From a virus (taxonomy: Duplodnaviria; Caudoviricetes), in the IMG/VR virus record IMGVR_UViG_3300033121_001564, positions 1-64,000 of that record: DNA of 64,000 nucleotides. The stretch is one strand, 5' to 3'. Shown one piece after another: positions 46,867 to 56,628 of the stretch. Within the stretch, counting starts at the first letter, position 1; every line of letters begins with the position of its first letter. Under the pieces are notes generated by a model. It made no database searches and was not told the origin of the DNA. It worked only from the letters and a program-made list of their open reading frames with translations. The translations under genes were made by a program, and so were the position numbers.

Positions 46867-47313
46867 CCGGAGCAGCACAAGGATGAAGCACAAGAATCCG
46901 GTTACACAACGGGCGATCGTCTCCTGCTGTGCGATCGTGTCCCAGTCGGCAACGCCTACCGAGATCAACAACGCCATCGGCGATGCGGTCAAGACCGCGA
47001 CAGATCAGGTGACGAGCCAGATGCCGGTGTTCATCGTCGAGACCACGAACGTCACGCCGGTGCCCAGCGGCAGCTGGATCGTGTTCAACGTCACACTGAT
47101 CGCCCGGGCGGCGAAGGGCGGGCAACCGCACTGCCCGAAGCACGGCTACTCGGCGAACTGATTTGCCCCGTTGGGGTGCGATGGTGTAAGGGGCTATGTT
47201 GATGCCAAAGGGCTGGGATCTCTTCTGTGCCGTCAGCCTGGTGGTGGTGGTGCTCTGGCGGATCCTCGACTGGGTGTGGGATGACGACTGGCACGACTTT
47301 CGGGTGTGATGGA

Positions 47314-48009
47314 ATGAGTGAAGACAGGTTGCCTTCCGAGTCCTCTGAACCCCTGCCGTCCGCTCCGAAGAAGCGTCGGGCGATGAAGGCGCTCAAGCCG
47401 AAGGAGCAGGCGTTCGTCCGTTACTTCGTGGGCGGTTGCTCGGGCGCGGAGGCGGTAAGGCGGGCTGGCTGGAAGCACAAGAACCCCAAGTTCTACGCTT
47501 ACTACCTGCTGAAGAAGCCCGCAGTCGCCCTGGCGGTCGAGGAGGAAAAGGAAGCTGCAGCTGCCACGATCCAGGTGGAGACGTTCCAGATCCTCGAGGA
47601 AATCAAGCGGATCGCTCACGCTGACGAGACGGACTTCGACATCGACGCGAAGGGCAGACTCTACTGCGTGAGCGGCGACCCGCTGGCCACGCGCGCCGTG
47701 CAGACCTTCAAGCGCACGGAGCGGCACCTTCCCGGCGGCGTCGTCAAGGTCGAGTACAGCATCACCATGCACTCGAAGATCAAGGCGCTGGACATGCTGG
47801 GCAGGCTCAAGGGCATGTTCAAGGAGGACGGCGAGGGCTCGGACGCTCCCAGTGTGCTCGTGATCTCGGGTATCGACCCCCAGGTCGCACTGGGGCTGGC
47901 CCAGCCGTCCGCCCAGCCCTCGGAGAAGGCGCATGCGAGCCCAGACCCGGCGAGTCTCCCGCAACCTGGAGTTCCGGGGGGCGGCCCGGGACCTGTGGGG
48001 CACTCGTGA
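47314..48009 (+). CDS. terS: Terminase small subunit
   Basis: LKPKEQAFVRYF...AEAVRRAGW, ILEEIKRIA, SKIKALDMLGR; overlaps terL. Confidence 0.9.
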   Translation: MSEDRLPSESSEPLPSAPKKRRAMKALKPKEQAFVRYFVGGCSGAEAVRRAGWKHKNPKFYAYYLLKKPAVALAVEEEKEAAAATIQVETFQILEEIKRIAHADETDFDIDAKGRLYCVSGDPLATRAVQTFKRTERHLPGGVVKVEYSITMHSKIKALDMLGRLKGMFKEDGEGSDAPSVLVISGIDPQVALGLAQPSAQPSEKAHASPDPASLPQPGVPGGGPGPVGHS

Positions 48010-49753
48010 CACCGAGGTCGTCATCTCGGGCCCGGCGGGAACCGGCAAGAGCGTGTCCTGCCTGGCCCGGCTGCACTACCTCGCCGACGCCGTGCCCGGG
48101 TTCCGCGGGCTGATCTGTCGCAAGACGCGCGAATCCCTGACGGAGTCCGCGCTGGCCACATTCGAGGCGCACATCGTCCAGCCTGACCACGCCATCCTGA
48201 AGGCCGGCGGACAGAGGCGGATGCGTCAGGCATACAACTACCCCAACGGTTCGAGTATCGTCGTCGGCGGGCTGGACAAGCCGGGGAAGATATTCTCCAC
48301 CGAGTGGGACATGGTCTATGTCCAGGAAGCCATCGAATTCCGTGAGGATGCCTGGGAGGCCATCATCACACGGTTGCGCAACAACAAGTTGCCCTACCAG
48401 CAGATCATGGCGGACACCAACCCCGACGCCCCGACGCACTGGATCAAACGTCGGCAGGCGTCGGGTTCACTCGTGATGCTCGAGAGCCGACATGAGGACA
48501 ACCCGGCATACTATGACCCCCGGACAGGCTGGACACCCAAGGGGTCTGACTACTTAGCCAGGCTGGAAAAGATCACGGGAGTGCGGTATCTTCGCCTGCG
48601 CAGGGGGTTGTGGGTTCAGGCCGAGGGTGTGGTCTACAGTGAGTATGACCCTCACAAACACCTGATCCACAGATTCGAGATTCCTTTCGACTGGGACAGG
48701 TACTGGACGGTGGACTTCGGGTTCACCAATGCGTTCGTCTGTCAGTTCTGGGCAAGGGATCACGACGGCAGGCTCTACCGATACCGTGAGGTCTATCACA
48801 CGAAGCGCATCGTTGCCGATCACGCAAAGAGAATGTTGCACTTGCTCGATGAAGAATGTGGATATTGGGCGAGGAAGCTGGGGCTGCCGGTCGATAATGT
48901 GAAGGCAAGGCTGCGACCGAAGGCCGTCATCTGTGACCATGACCGCGAGGACCGCGAGACGTTGACGCGGGAGTTGGGGATGCCCACGACGAGCGCGAAG
49001 AAGGTGGTCAAGCGGGGCATCGACGCGGTGCAGGCACGGTTCCGGGACGCGCCCGATGGCAAGCCCAGGCTGTTCCTGCTCGAGGACTCGCTGGACGAGC
49101 GGGACCCGGACCTGGTGGAGGCGAAACTGCCGATCGGGTTCGAGGAGGAGGTGGGCGCGTACGTCTGGGACGGGGAGAAGGACGAGCCGGTGAAGGAGGG
49201 AGATCATGCCTGTCTCGTTGCCGGGACGATGGTCACGACGCTGGAGGGTCTGGTCCCGATCGAACAGGTGAAGGTGGGGTGCAGGGTTCTCACGCGGAAG
49301 GGGTATCGCAGGGTGCTGGCGTCGGGGATGACGAGCGATTCTGCTGAGGTCATCACGGTCTACTTCGACAACAACAGGACTTTGACGGGAACCGCGAACC
49401 ACCCTGTTTATGTTCCCGGTTATGGCTTCAGGCCGATCGAGAGTTTGAGGCACGCCGACCGCGTCTCGTGCGACAACTCGTACGCCCGGGGGGGCCGGCT
49501 CGTCGTGATGACCCAGTACAGGGACAAGCCCGTTCCCGTCTACAACCTCACGGTGGAGGACGAGCCGGAGTTCTACGCGAACGGCGTGCTGGTTCACAAT
49601 TGCGACGCGCTGCGCTACATGGTCGCCCATCTGGATCTGGACGGCCCGCCCGAGGTGGCGAGCGTGGCAGGCCCGGGACCGAAGGCGGAGCGGACGCCCT
49701 CGATACGGTTTGGGGACGCGGGGGGTAGGAAATCGAGGTTGCTGGGGAGGTAA
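47933..49753 (+). CDS. terL: Terminase large subunit containing a mini-intein
   Basis: SGPAGTGKS Walker A, YVQEA Walker B, DTNP, VDFGF, DHA[intein]CDALRY. Confidence 0.96.
   Translation: MRAQTRRVSRNLEFRGAARDLWGTRDTEVVISGPAGTGKSVSCLARLHYLADAVPGFRGLICRKTRESLTESALATFEAHIVQPDHAILKAGGQRRMRQAYNYPNGSSIVVGGLDKPGKIFSTEWDMVYVQEAIEFREDAWEAIITRLRNNKLPYQQIMADTNPDAPTHWIKRRQASGSLVMLESRHEDNPAYYDPRTGWTPKGSDYLARLEKITGVRYLRLRRGLWVQAEGVVYSEYDPHKHLIHRFEIPFDWDRYWTVDFGFTNAFVCQFWARDHDGRLYRYREVYHTKRIVADHAKRMLHLLDEECGYWARKLGLPVDNVKARLRPKAVICDHDREDRETLTRELGMPTTSAKKVVKRGIDAVQARFRDAPDGKPRLFLLEDSLDERDPDLVEAKLPIGFEEEVGAYVWDGEKDEPVKEGDHACLVAGTMVTTLEGLVPIEQVKVGCRVLTRKGYRRVLASGMTSDSAEVITVYFDNNRTLTGTANHPVYVPGYGFRPIESLRHADRVSCDNSYARGGRLVVMTQYRDKPVPVYNLTVEDEPEFYANGVLVHNCDALRYMVAHLDLDGPPEVASVAGPGPKAERTPSIRFGDAGGRKSRLLGR
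49211..49600 (+). mobile_element. Mini-intein (130 aa, no endonuclease)
   Basis: CLVAGTMV..., block B LTGTANHPV, VYNLTVEDEPEFYANGVLVHN, +1 Cys. Confidence 0.95.
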
Positions 49754-49756
49754 GGT

Positions 49757-50842
49757 ATGCGGAACTTCTACGACCCCAAACCTAACGATCTAGAAAAACT
49801 CTCCAGCGGGTCATGGTGTGCCGCGTACTCCGGCGGGAAGGATTCGACGTCGCTCGTTACCTGGGTCGAGTGGCTGAGGCGTTCCGGCTGGATCACGGCC
49901 GACAATCCCATGCTGGTTCGATCCGATACCGGGGTGGAAGATCCCGCGCTGATCGCCCTGGCTGAGGGTATGACACGACTGCTCGAGGACTGTGGCTGGC
50001 ACTGCTACACGGTACGCCCGGAGGTTCACGAGAGACTCTACCCGCAGATCCTGGGGCGTGGGCTGCCACCCGTCCACCCCGGCGTGCGTCACCTCAGATG
50101 GTGTACACGGTCCACGAAGATCGATCCAATGGGACGCGAGAAGGACCGATTCGGGATCGGACTCACACTCACCGGGCTGAGACTGGGCGAGTCGGCGATG
50201 CGTGACGGGAAACTCTTGAAGTCTTCCTGCGCGGCCGGCGGGGAATGCGGGATACCGGACCCCGGCGAGGGAAGGTACTCGCCGCTCCTCCAGTGGAAGA
50301 CCTGTCAGGTGATCGACTGGCTGAACGGGCATGTTGGATCCAAGGTCCGGGACGTCATGGAGAACGTGTTCGCGCTGACCCGGCAACTGGTGGACCTGTA
50401 CGGGATCCGGACGGCAACAAACCTGTTCGAGGAGACGGAGGTACTGAGCCAGGCCAGGTTCGGCTGCGTGGGCTGCCCAGCGATCGGCAAAGAGTCCCAT
50501 GCGCCGGCATCCGTGATGCGGCGGAACGGCGCCGGGAGCCCACTCAATGAACTCTACGACGTTTGGTTCGAGGCGCGGAAGGCTGAGAATCGACTCATCG
50601 GGTGGAGAAAGGGAAAGGCGATCAAGGGACCAATCCGCATGGAGGCGCGGAAGCGACTGTTCGATCGCGTGATCGGCATACAGGAGAGGTCCGGGGTGAC
50701 GCTGGTTACGCCCGAGGACGAGGCGTTCATTCGGGGATGCTGGGAGAGGAACGTCTATCCGCGTGGGTGGAGCGAATCGGATGAGGTTTACGAGTGGCCA
50801 GAGGGTCCGCTGCTTGGTGACGGGAACCAGGGTGGGAGGTGA
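49757..50842 (+). CDS. PAPS reductase-family (DndC-like) protein
   Basis: YSGGKDS, SDTGVE, RWCT..TKIDP, GLRLGES..R, ARFGCVGCP, GPIRMEARK. Confidence 0.85.
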   Translation: MRNFYDPKPNDLEKLSSGSWCAAYSGGKDSTSLVTWVEWLRRSGWITADNPMLVRSDTGVEDPALIALAEGMTRLLEDCGWHCYTVRPEVHERLYPQILGRGLPPVHPGVRHLRWCTRSTKIDPMGREKDRFGIGLTLTGLRLGESAMRDGKLLKSSCAAGGECGIPDPGEGRYSPLLQWKTCQVIDWLNGHVGSKVRDVMENVFALTRQLVDLYGIRTATNLFEETEVLSQARFGCVGCPAIGKESHAPASVMRRNGAGSPLNELYDVWFEARKAENRLIGWRKGKAIKGPIRMEARKRLFDRVIGIQERSGVTLVTPEDEAFIRGCWERNVYPRGWSESDEVYEWPEGPLLGDGNQGGR

Positions 50843-51062
50843 CAGAGGGCATGGACACGGAAGCCGAGATCGGACGAATGCTCGACGAGGGTTGTCCGCA
50901 CCACGACCCTGACGAGGTCCGCCGCGAGGTGGACTGCCAGGGGTGGGTGGAGCTGGACGACGGCTCGTGCGTGGAACTGCCTGTGGTCGAGACGATCGAC
51001 CTGGCGGACGCACGGCGGGACCCGAAACTGGCGGCGTTCGTCGATGCGCTGTGGGGGAACTG

Positions 51063-51386
51063 ATGCTCACCGATGCCGAAATCGCTCACGTTCGCTCGCA
51101 GATCGAGCCCGTCGTTGGCCCGACGTATGCGGGCTGGTACGAGGAGGCGTGCAAGATCCAGCCCGGGGAGACAGACGCCCCGCACGATGTGGTTCTGTGG
51201 GCCTGTCGTGCCCGCGAGGCCATCTTCACGAAGGCTCGCGACATGGGCGAGGTTGCCAGCGCCCTGCGGGAACTGATCGACACCTGCAAGAAGGGGATTA
51301 AATTCGGCGTCCTCACGTCAGCCTGTATGAGTCCTCTGGATAAGGCTCTGGAAAACGCGGAGAAAGCTTTATGGTGGCAGAAGTAG
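51063..51386 (+). CDS. Hypothetical phage protein
   Basis: Operon packing. Confidence 0.5.
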   Translation: MLTDAEIAHVRSQIEPVVGPTYAGWYEEACKIQPGETDAPHDVVLWACRAREAIFTKARDMGEVASALRELIDTCKKGIKFGVLTSACMSPLDKALENAEKALWWQK

Positions 51387-51400
51387 CGACTGGCGCTGTC

Positions 51401-51940
51401 ATGCACGAAACCCAGGCGACCATCACGGCGTGGGCCAACGAGACGTTCGGCGAGATCCCGACCAGCGCCACCCTCGTCGCACGCGCGAACGAGGAGATGG
51501 CGGAGTTGCTCCGGGCCGTCACGCAGGACGACCACCACCCGAAGTTGTCCGAGGAGTTGGCGGACGTGGTCATCGTCCTGTGCCGACTGGGCGACCGGTT
51601 TGGCGTGGATGTGTTGGGGCAGGAAAAGCCGTTCACGCGGGAGAACTGGGGGCCGTACTGGCTCGTGTTCAATGCGACCCAATCGTACTACAAGTCCAAC
51701 GCTGGCCGGGTTGCCGATGTCGGTGTCCGACTGATGGAACTCCTGGGCGACGTGGCTCTTGGATGGAGCCACTACACCCAGAGCTACAGTCTGGTCCGCG
51801 TCTGCATTCTCCTGCACTGGTTGGCGCGGGAGTTCGGGTGCGACCTGCAAGCCGAGGTCGAGAAGAAGATGGCAGTCAACCGCACTCGGGTGTGGGCGAA
51901 GACTGGCGACGGGCATGGGTATCACGTTCGGCAGAAGTGA
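51401..51940 (+). CDS. MazG-like dNTP pyrophosphohydrolase
   Basis: ITAWANETFG, EEMAEL, EELADVVI, VEKKMAVNRTRVW. Confidence 0.8.
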   Translation: MHETQATITAWANETFGEIPTSATLVARANEEMAELLRAVTQDDHHPKLSEELADVVIVLCRLGDRFGVDVLGQEKPFTRENWGPYWLVFNATQSYYKSNAGRVADVGVRLMELLGDVALGWSHYTQSYSLVRVCILLHWLAREFGCDLQAEVEKKMAVNRTRVWAKTGDGHGYHVRQK

Positions 51941-51949
51941 GGGTCTGCG

Positions 51950-52324
51950 ATGGCATGCAGTGAGTGCCAGAAGCGGTTGGATGCTGCGAATGAGCTGATC
52001 CGGTTCATTGCCTCGTGCGGGCGGCGGTTCTTCGAGCACAAGGGCACGGTCGCCCACATGGAGATGGACGCCAGGGGCCGGTTGTGGTGGCACGACGAGT
52101 ACACGAAGAAGCGGGTGTACATGCACCAGCGATGGCTCAGAAAGAATTTCAGCCACGGCGGCACGCTGAACGGGTTTGCTCGTGCGTTGCGGGACTTCGT
52201 GAAGGGCGGGGGCAGGCTGAACTCCTACCACCGCGACCACTGGGGCTATGGCGAGGACATGCCCAGGGTTATCGCCAGGGCGGTCGAGTTGGGAATCATG
52301 GAGGCCGGATGTCCGGAGACGTGA
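51950..52324 (+). CDS. Conserved hypothetical phage protein
   Basis: ANELIRFIASCGRRFF...FSHGGTL...HWGY. Confidence 0.7.
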   Translation: MACSECQKRLDAANELIRFIASCGRRFFEHKGTVAHMEMDARGRLWWHDEYTKKRVYMHQRWLRKNFSHGGTLNGFARALRDFVKGGGRLNSYHRDHWGYGEDMPRVIARAVELGIMEAGCPET

Positions 52325-52511
52325 TGTCGGACGCAAAGGCTGAGCACGACCTGGCAACCCTGATGCGTCTCGCGGACCCGCCTCCGAGGCGCATCATCGG
52401 GCTCGCCAACGATGGCTCCTGGCTGTGGGCCGTCCGCTGCTCGTGCGGGCGGTACGTCCCGGAGACGGATGGGTTCTGTGCCAGCTGTGGCAAACCGACG
52501 GAGGTTCGACC

Positions 52512-53090
52512 ATGAAAACGAGTACGCTGTTCTACGTCTTCGCGATGCTGCTGTTCCTGGCGTGCGACGGGCTCTTTTTCTTCGTGCTGGCGCCCTACCG
52601 TGCCGAGATGGGTGACCCCTTGGCGTTCTCCGTCGGGGCGATCATCATGTTCGGCTATGGGGTGACCACGGCGCTGTACGTCGGTGGGCAGGCGGTGCGG
52701 AAGTTGGAAGGCGACGTGAGTATCTGGCGGCAAGGCTACCGTGACGCGAATGAGGTAGCTGCCACGAACCGCGACCACGCGGAAGCCGAGGCGAGAGTCG
52801 CGGAACGGTACATGGACGCCATCCGCCGGCATCGCGACGAGCCAGGCCCCGAACGCTGCTGGCTCGACGACGAACGCCTGTACGCTGTCCTCCCCGAGGG
52901 GTACACCCCGCCCGAACGTGCCGTGGGACTCTGCCTGTCCGACTGCGAGCGATTCCTGGCGTGCAGACTCAACCCGGACACGGAGTACGTCTCACCCCAG
53001 CGGCGCATCGAGGAGCTGGAGGGTGAGGTCGCCCGACTGCGGAAGATGGTGCGGGCGGAAGAGATTTACGTTCGGAAGGGGCAGGCATGA
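52512..53090 (+). CDS. Membrane-anchored hypothetical protein
   Basis: Two N-terminal TM helices; RCWLDDERLYAVLPEG. Confidence 0.6.
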   Translation: MKTSTLFYVFAMLLFLACDGLFFFVLAPYRAEMGDPLAFSVGAIIMFGYGVTTALYVGGQAVRKLEGDVSIWRQGYRDANEVAATNRDHAEAEARVAERYMDAIRRHRDEPGPERCWLDDERLYAVLPEGYTPPERAVGLCLSDCERFLACRLNPDTEYVSPQRRIEELEGEVARLRKMVRAEEIYVRKGQA

Positions 53091-53170
53091 CTCGCAGTTA
53101 CCCTGCCACCTCCACGCCGTGTCGTCATGTCAACCTGGCACCCTTCACCCCGCCACTAAAGGGGGCAAGC

Positions 53171-53620
53171 ATGATCGACAAGTGGGACCTGCGGTTCCTG
53201 GGGCTGGCCAAGCACGTCGCCTCGTGGTCCAAGGACCCGAGCACGAAGGTCGGCGCCGTGATCGTGGACCAGGACCGTCGCGTCGTCTCGCTGGGCTTCA
53301 ACGGTTTTCCGCGTGGAGTGGAGGATGACCACGAACGCTATGCGGACCGCGAGACGAAACTGCGGATGGTCGTCCATGCGGAGAAGAACGCCATCCTGTT
53401 TGCCCTGCAGCCACTCGCTGGTTGCGTGCTCTACACCTGGCCGTTCGCCCCGTGCGCCCAGTGTGCCGCGATGGTGATCCAGGTCGGGATTATCGGGGTG
53501 GTGGCGCCCGAGGCGAGTGGCGAGTTGCTACGTCGGTGGGGCGCGGACCTGACGACCGCCACGATGATGTACCGCGAGGCTGGCGTGAGGTTGGAGTTGG
53601 CACCAGGATCGGAGGAGTGA
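53171..53620 (+). CDS. dCMP deaminase
   Basis: SKDPSTKVGA, GFNGFPRG, VHAEKNA, PCAQC. Confidence 0.93.
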   Translation: MIDKWDLRFLGLAKHVASWSKDPSTKVGAVIVDQDRRVVSLGFNGFPRGVEDDHERYADRETKLRMVVHAEKNAILFALQPLAGCVLYTWPFAPCAQCAAMVIQVGIIGVVAPEASGELLRRWGADLTTATMMYREAGVRLELAPGSEE

Positions 53621-53624
53621 GGCG

Positions 53625-54428
53625 ATGGCGAGGAACAGAAAGAAGCCGACAGGCGAGCCCGCGGCCGAGAAGACGACCGTGACCTACCACGACGTCGAGA
53701 TCACGGGCACGGCGACCGTGGAGGGGTCGAGCGTGACCCTGACCGATGTCGAGGTGAAGGCTCGTGCGGACCGTGAGGCTGCCGACATGATCGAGGCGCT
53801 CCGGATCCGGACCGAGACGGACCCTGGCGCGCCGCCTGTGATGCTCGACGTGGCGACGGCCGAAAGGCTTGCCAGGTGTGACTCTCCGGTCCCGGACGCC
53901 TACCCGCCCGTCGTGGCGGAGCGTCTGGAAGTGCCCCCGGACGCGGCCAGGACCGAGCGGCGGGAGGAGGGCACGGTGACGGTGGCGATTGGCAGCCACC
54001 GTCACGTTCTGTGGGTTGGAAGATGGGAGGAGTATTTCTTCGTCGGCAACGGCGGCATCTATTGCCCCGAACTGGCGGGGATGCACGCCGGTCAGCGGTT
54101 CGAGGCAACCGTGGTGAGGTCCGTACCGTCAGGCAGGGCGATTCGCCTTTTCGAGGTGAAGCCGCTGCCGCCGGCAGACAGCGAGTTTGGAGCGTCACAC
54201 CCGCCCATCCCCAACCACATCGTTCGCGCTGTACCCCCCGCCCCTCTCCGCTGGGAGTATGCCGACGAATCCATCCTGCGATGCGACTTTGCCGCCCGGC
54301 AGGAAGCCCGCACCTCCGACGGCTGGGAGTTGTTCTCTGTCTCCGTCGAACGTCGGCACCAGGGGCTGGAATTCATCACGATCTGGAAACGGCCCCGGCC
54401 CGTTACCGTGGAACCCACGAAGGAGTGA
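53625..54428 (+). CDS. Hypothetical phage protein
   Basis: RBS and operon packing. Confidence 0.55.
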   Translation: MARNRKKPTGEPAAEKTTVTYHDVEITGTATVEGSSVTLTDVEVKARADREAADMIEALRIRTETDPGAPPVMLDVATAERLARCDSPVPDAYPPVVAERLEVPPDAARTERREEGTVTVAIGSHRHVLWVGRWEEYFFVGNGGIYCPELAGMHAGQRFEATVVRSVPSGRAIRLFEVKPLPPADSEFGASHPPIPNHIVRAVPPAPLRWEYADESILRCDFAARQEARTSDGWELFSVSVERRHQGLEFITIWKRPRPVTVEPTKE

Positions 54429-54430
54429 CC

Positions 54431-54664
54431 ATGCCTGAGACCTGCAAGACCTGCAAGCACTGGCACCAGGCGCCGATCGACCCGATGAACCTGGGGGCGC
54501 CACGGTCGGGGACCTGCCGCGAGCAACCGCATCTGATGGCACTGCCCGTGCAGGGCCCCAGCGGGCAGATGGCGGTGCAGATGCAGGTGATCTACATTCA
54601 GACGCCGGAAGGGTTCCTGGCGTGCGGGCGGCACGCGCCGCGTGAGGAAGGGGTGGTGGAATGA
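54431..54664 (+). CDS. Small Cys-rich protein
   Basis: CKTCKHW...GTCR...CGRH. Confidence 0.65.
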   Translation: MPETCKTCKHWHQAPIDPMNLGAPRSGTCREQPHLMALPVQGPSGQMAVQMQVIYIQTPEGFLACGRHAPREEGVVE

Positions 54665-55449
54665 GTCAGGTAAGGGATCTTGCCGACGTTCTGCCCGGAA
54701 TGGGGAGGCGTCGCAAAACCTTTCGAGTGTCCCCGGCGGTGATCCTGACCCTCATGGGGTGCTGGCGCAAACACGACATCATCCAACTGCCGGTCCTGGA
54801 GCTTCCAGCGGACGCCGTCCTGTCGGATGTGATCTACGAACCGCTCCTTCACGCGTTCACTTTTTTGGTCTACAGCGAGACCTTCCCGGAAGTTCCCGAG
54901 GGTGAATATGCTCCCGCCATAGAGGCTGACTGGCAGACCGTGGAGTTGCACGGCAGGTTCCTCGACTTGCTGTCGCGGTACGTCATGGAGAGGCATGCCG
55001 GGTTGGAGGTTACTCCCGACGAGGAGCTATTGCTGGAGGCGCGACGCATCGTCGAGGCCGGGGTGACACGCCCGCCACTGTCCAGGATCGGGCAGTTGGA
55101 GCGGGACCTGGACGGCGGCAGGTTTGCGACGCTGCACGCGATCGGCGACGTCCTCGAGGAGCAGGGCGATGGGGTGCTGGCGTCGGGGTATCATTGGCTG
55201 GCAGTCAACAAGAGGTGGCCGGCCCACCACAGCGGGCTCTACGAATGGTATTGTGATGGGACCTACGCAGCGTCGGACTTTCCCACATGGGGAGACCGCA
55301 GTCGGCTCCCCGCAGAAGTCTACGACGGACTGCCGGACGCTGCAGAGGACCAGGCCAGGATCAAGGTCGCGACCGTCACGGAATCCGGATCGCTGCGGTT
55401 GGCCGCACAGGCGGCTGGCGCGTGGTTGCTGGAACAGGAGACCGCATGA
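54661..55449 (+). CDS. Hypothetical protein with TIGR02996-like motif
   Basis: TLHAIGDVLEEQGD. Confidence 0.6.
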   Translation: MSQVRDLADVLPGMGRRRKTFRVSPAVILTLMGCWRKHDIIQLPVLELPADAVLSDVIYEPLLHAFTFLVYSETFPEVPEGEYAPAIEADWQTVELHGRFLDLLSRYVMERHAGLEVTPDEELLLEARRIVEAGVTRPPLSRIGQLERDLDGGRFATLHAIGDVLEEQGDGVLASGYHWLAVNKRWPAHHSGLYEWYCDGTYAASDFPTWGDRSRLPAEVYDGLPDAAEDQARIKVATVTESGSLRLAAQAAGAWLLEQETA

Positions 55450-55907
55450 GCAGCGGCATCATCATCGGCTTCACCGGCACGCGGACTGGTCTGACATCAT
55501 CCCAGGATGCGGCCCTTCGCAACGTCCTTTTTGCCCTGCACGACGAGCACCTGTCGCCACTGGAGTTGCACCACGGGGACTGTGTGGGGGCGGATGCGCG
55601 TGTTCGCGCGATGTTCCTGGAGCTGTTCCCCGGCGAGCGTGTGGTCATTCACCCGCCCGTGGATGCAAGGTTCCGGGCGAACTGCGGCGGGGAGGGCAGC
55701 AGCATCACCTGGCGCAAACCCAGGACCTACCAGGCCCGCAACCGGGACATCGTCCTCGAGTGCGACCTCCTCCTCGGTTGCCCCCGGGAGATGGTGCGCC
55801 AGACGTTCGGCGGAACGTGGTACACGCTCGACTACGCGAAGAAAATGTTTCGCAAGACGAAGATCCTCTGGCCCGACGGGAGTGTTAGCGATGGAGTCTC
55901 GAACTAA
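55446..55907 (+). CDS. SLOG-superfamily protein
   Basis: IGFTGTR, LHHGDCVGAD, ARNRDIV, GGTWYT. Confidence 0.8.
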   Translation: MSSGIIIGFTGTRTGLTSSQDAALRNVLFALHDEHLSPLELHHGDCVGADARVRAMFLELFPGERVVIHPPVDARFRANCGGEGSSITWRKPRTYQARNRDIVLECDLLLGCPREMVRQTFGGTWYTLDYAKKMFRKTKILWPDGSVSDGVSN

Positions 55908-55935
55908 TACTCCGTGCTAACATGGAGTTCACGCC

Positions 55936-56628
55936 ATGATACGACGACAGCCCACCGACGCCATGCCACCACCCTGGCACGACCCCACGGGCTGGGCGTG
56001 GATGGTCTACTGTCGGGACGTCCTGGGCGAGCAACTGGCGCGCCGCAAGCGGGAGTACCTGCAGGCCGTTCGGCGTGCCCTGGGGCTTCTGCGACAACCG
56101 AAGAAGGTGTTGATCGAGGACGTGGGCAGCACCCATCAGATCCCCTATGTGGAAGCCGAGCGGTGGCGATCGGGCGGTGCGACGGTCAGCATGTCCGGCG
56201 CCGTGATGACGGCGACGGTAGCGAAACCCTGGTATGTGTGGCCGGGCGACAAGAGTTTCGGCGTCAGGAAGAACCTCCGCTGGTGGACTCTTACCGCTGC
56301 CGCGTCCCAGTTCCATGACAGTCGGCTGGACCGTCGTTCGGAGTGGCCGCTAGCCGACAAGGTACTCTCGTCGCCTCTCGACTTCGTCGGTATGACGGAC
56401 CCCCAGAGCAACTTCTTCTGTCTCTGTGCGTCGTTCATCACCAGCGTTTCCGGTGCCGTCGGGACGTTGCGATTGCCACACGCTGCCGGGGAAATCTCCG
56501 AGTGGGTAAAAGCGGGGCGCGGCACGGAGGTTCTCGTCCCCGTGGACTGGGACGAGGAGGTTGCGCATTCGGGCAAGGAACTGTGGGGCGGATGGCGTCA
56601 CAGGCTGATCCGGAGGGGCGTGCAATGA
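55936..56628 (+). CDS. Hypothetical phage protein
   Basis: GGAG RBS; packing. Confidence 0.55.
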   Translation: MIRRQPTDAMPPPWHDPTGWAWMVYCRDVLGEQLARRKREYLQAVRRALGLLRQPKKVLIEDVGSTHQIPYVEAERWRSGGATVSMSGAVMTATVAKPWYVWPGDKSFGVRKNLRWWTLTAAASQFHDSRLDRRSEWPLADKVLSSPLDFVGMTDPQSNFFCLCASFITSVSGAVGTLRLPHAAGEISEWVKAGRGTEVLVPVDWDEEVAHSGKELWGGWRHRLIRRGVQ

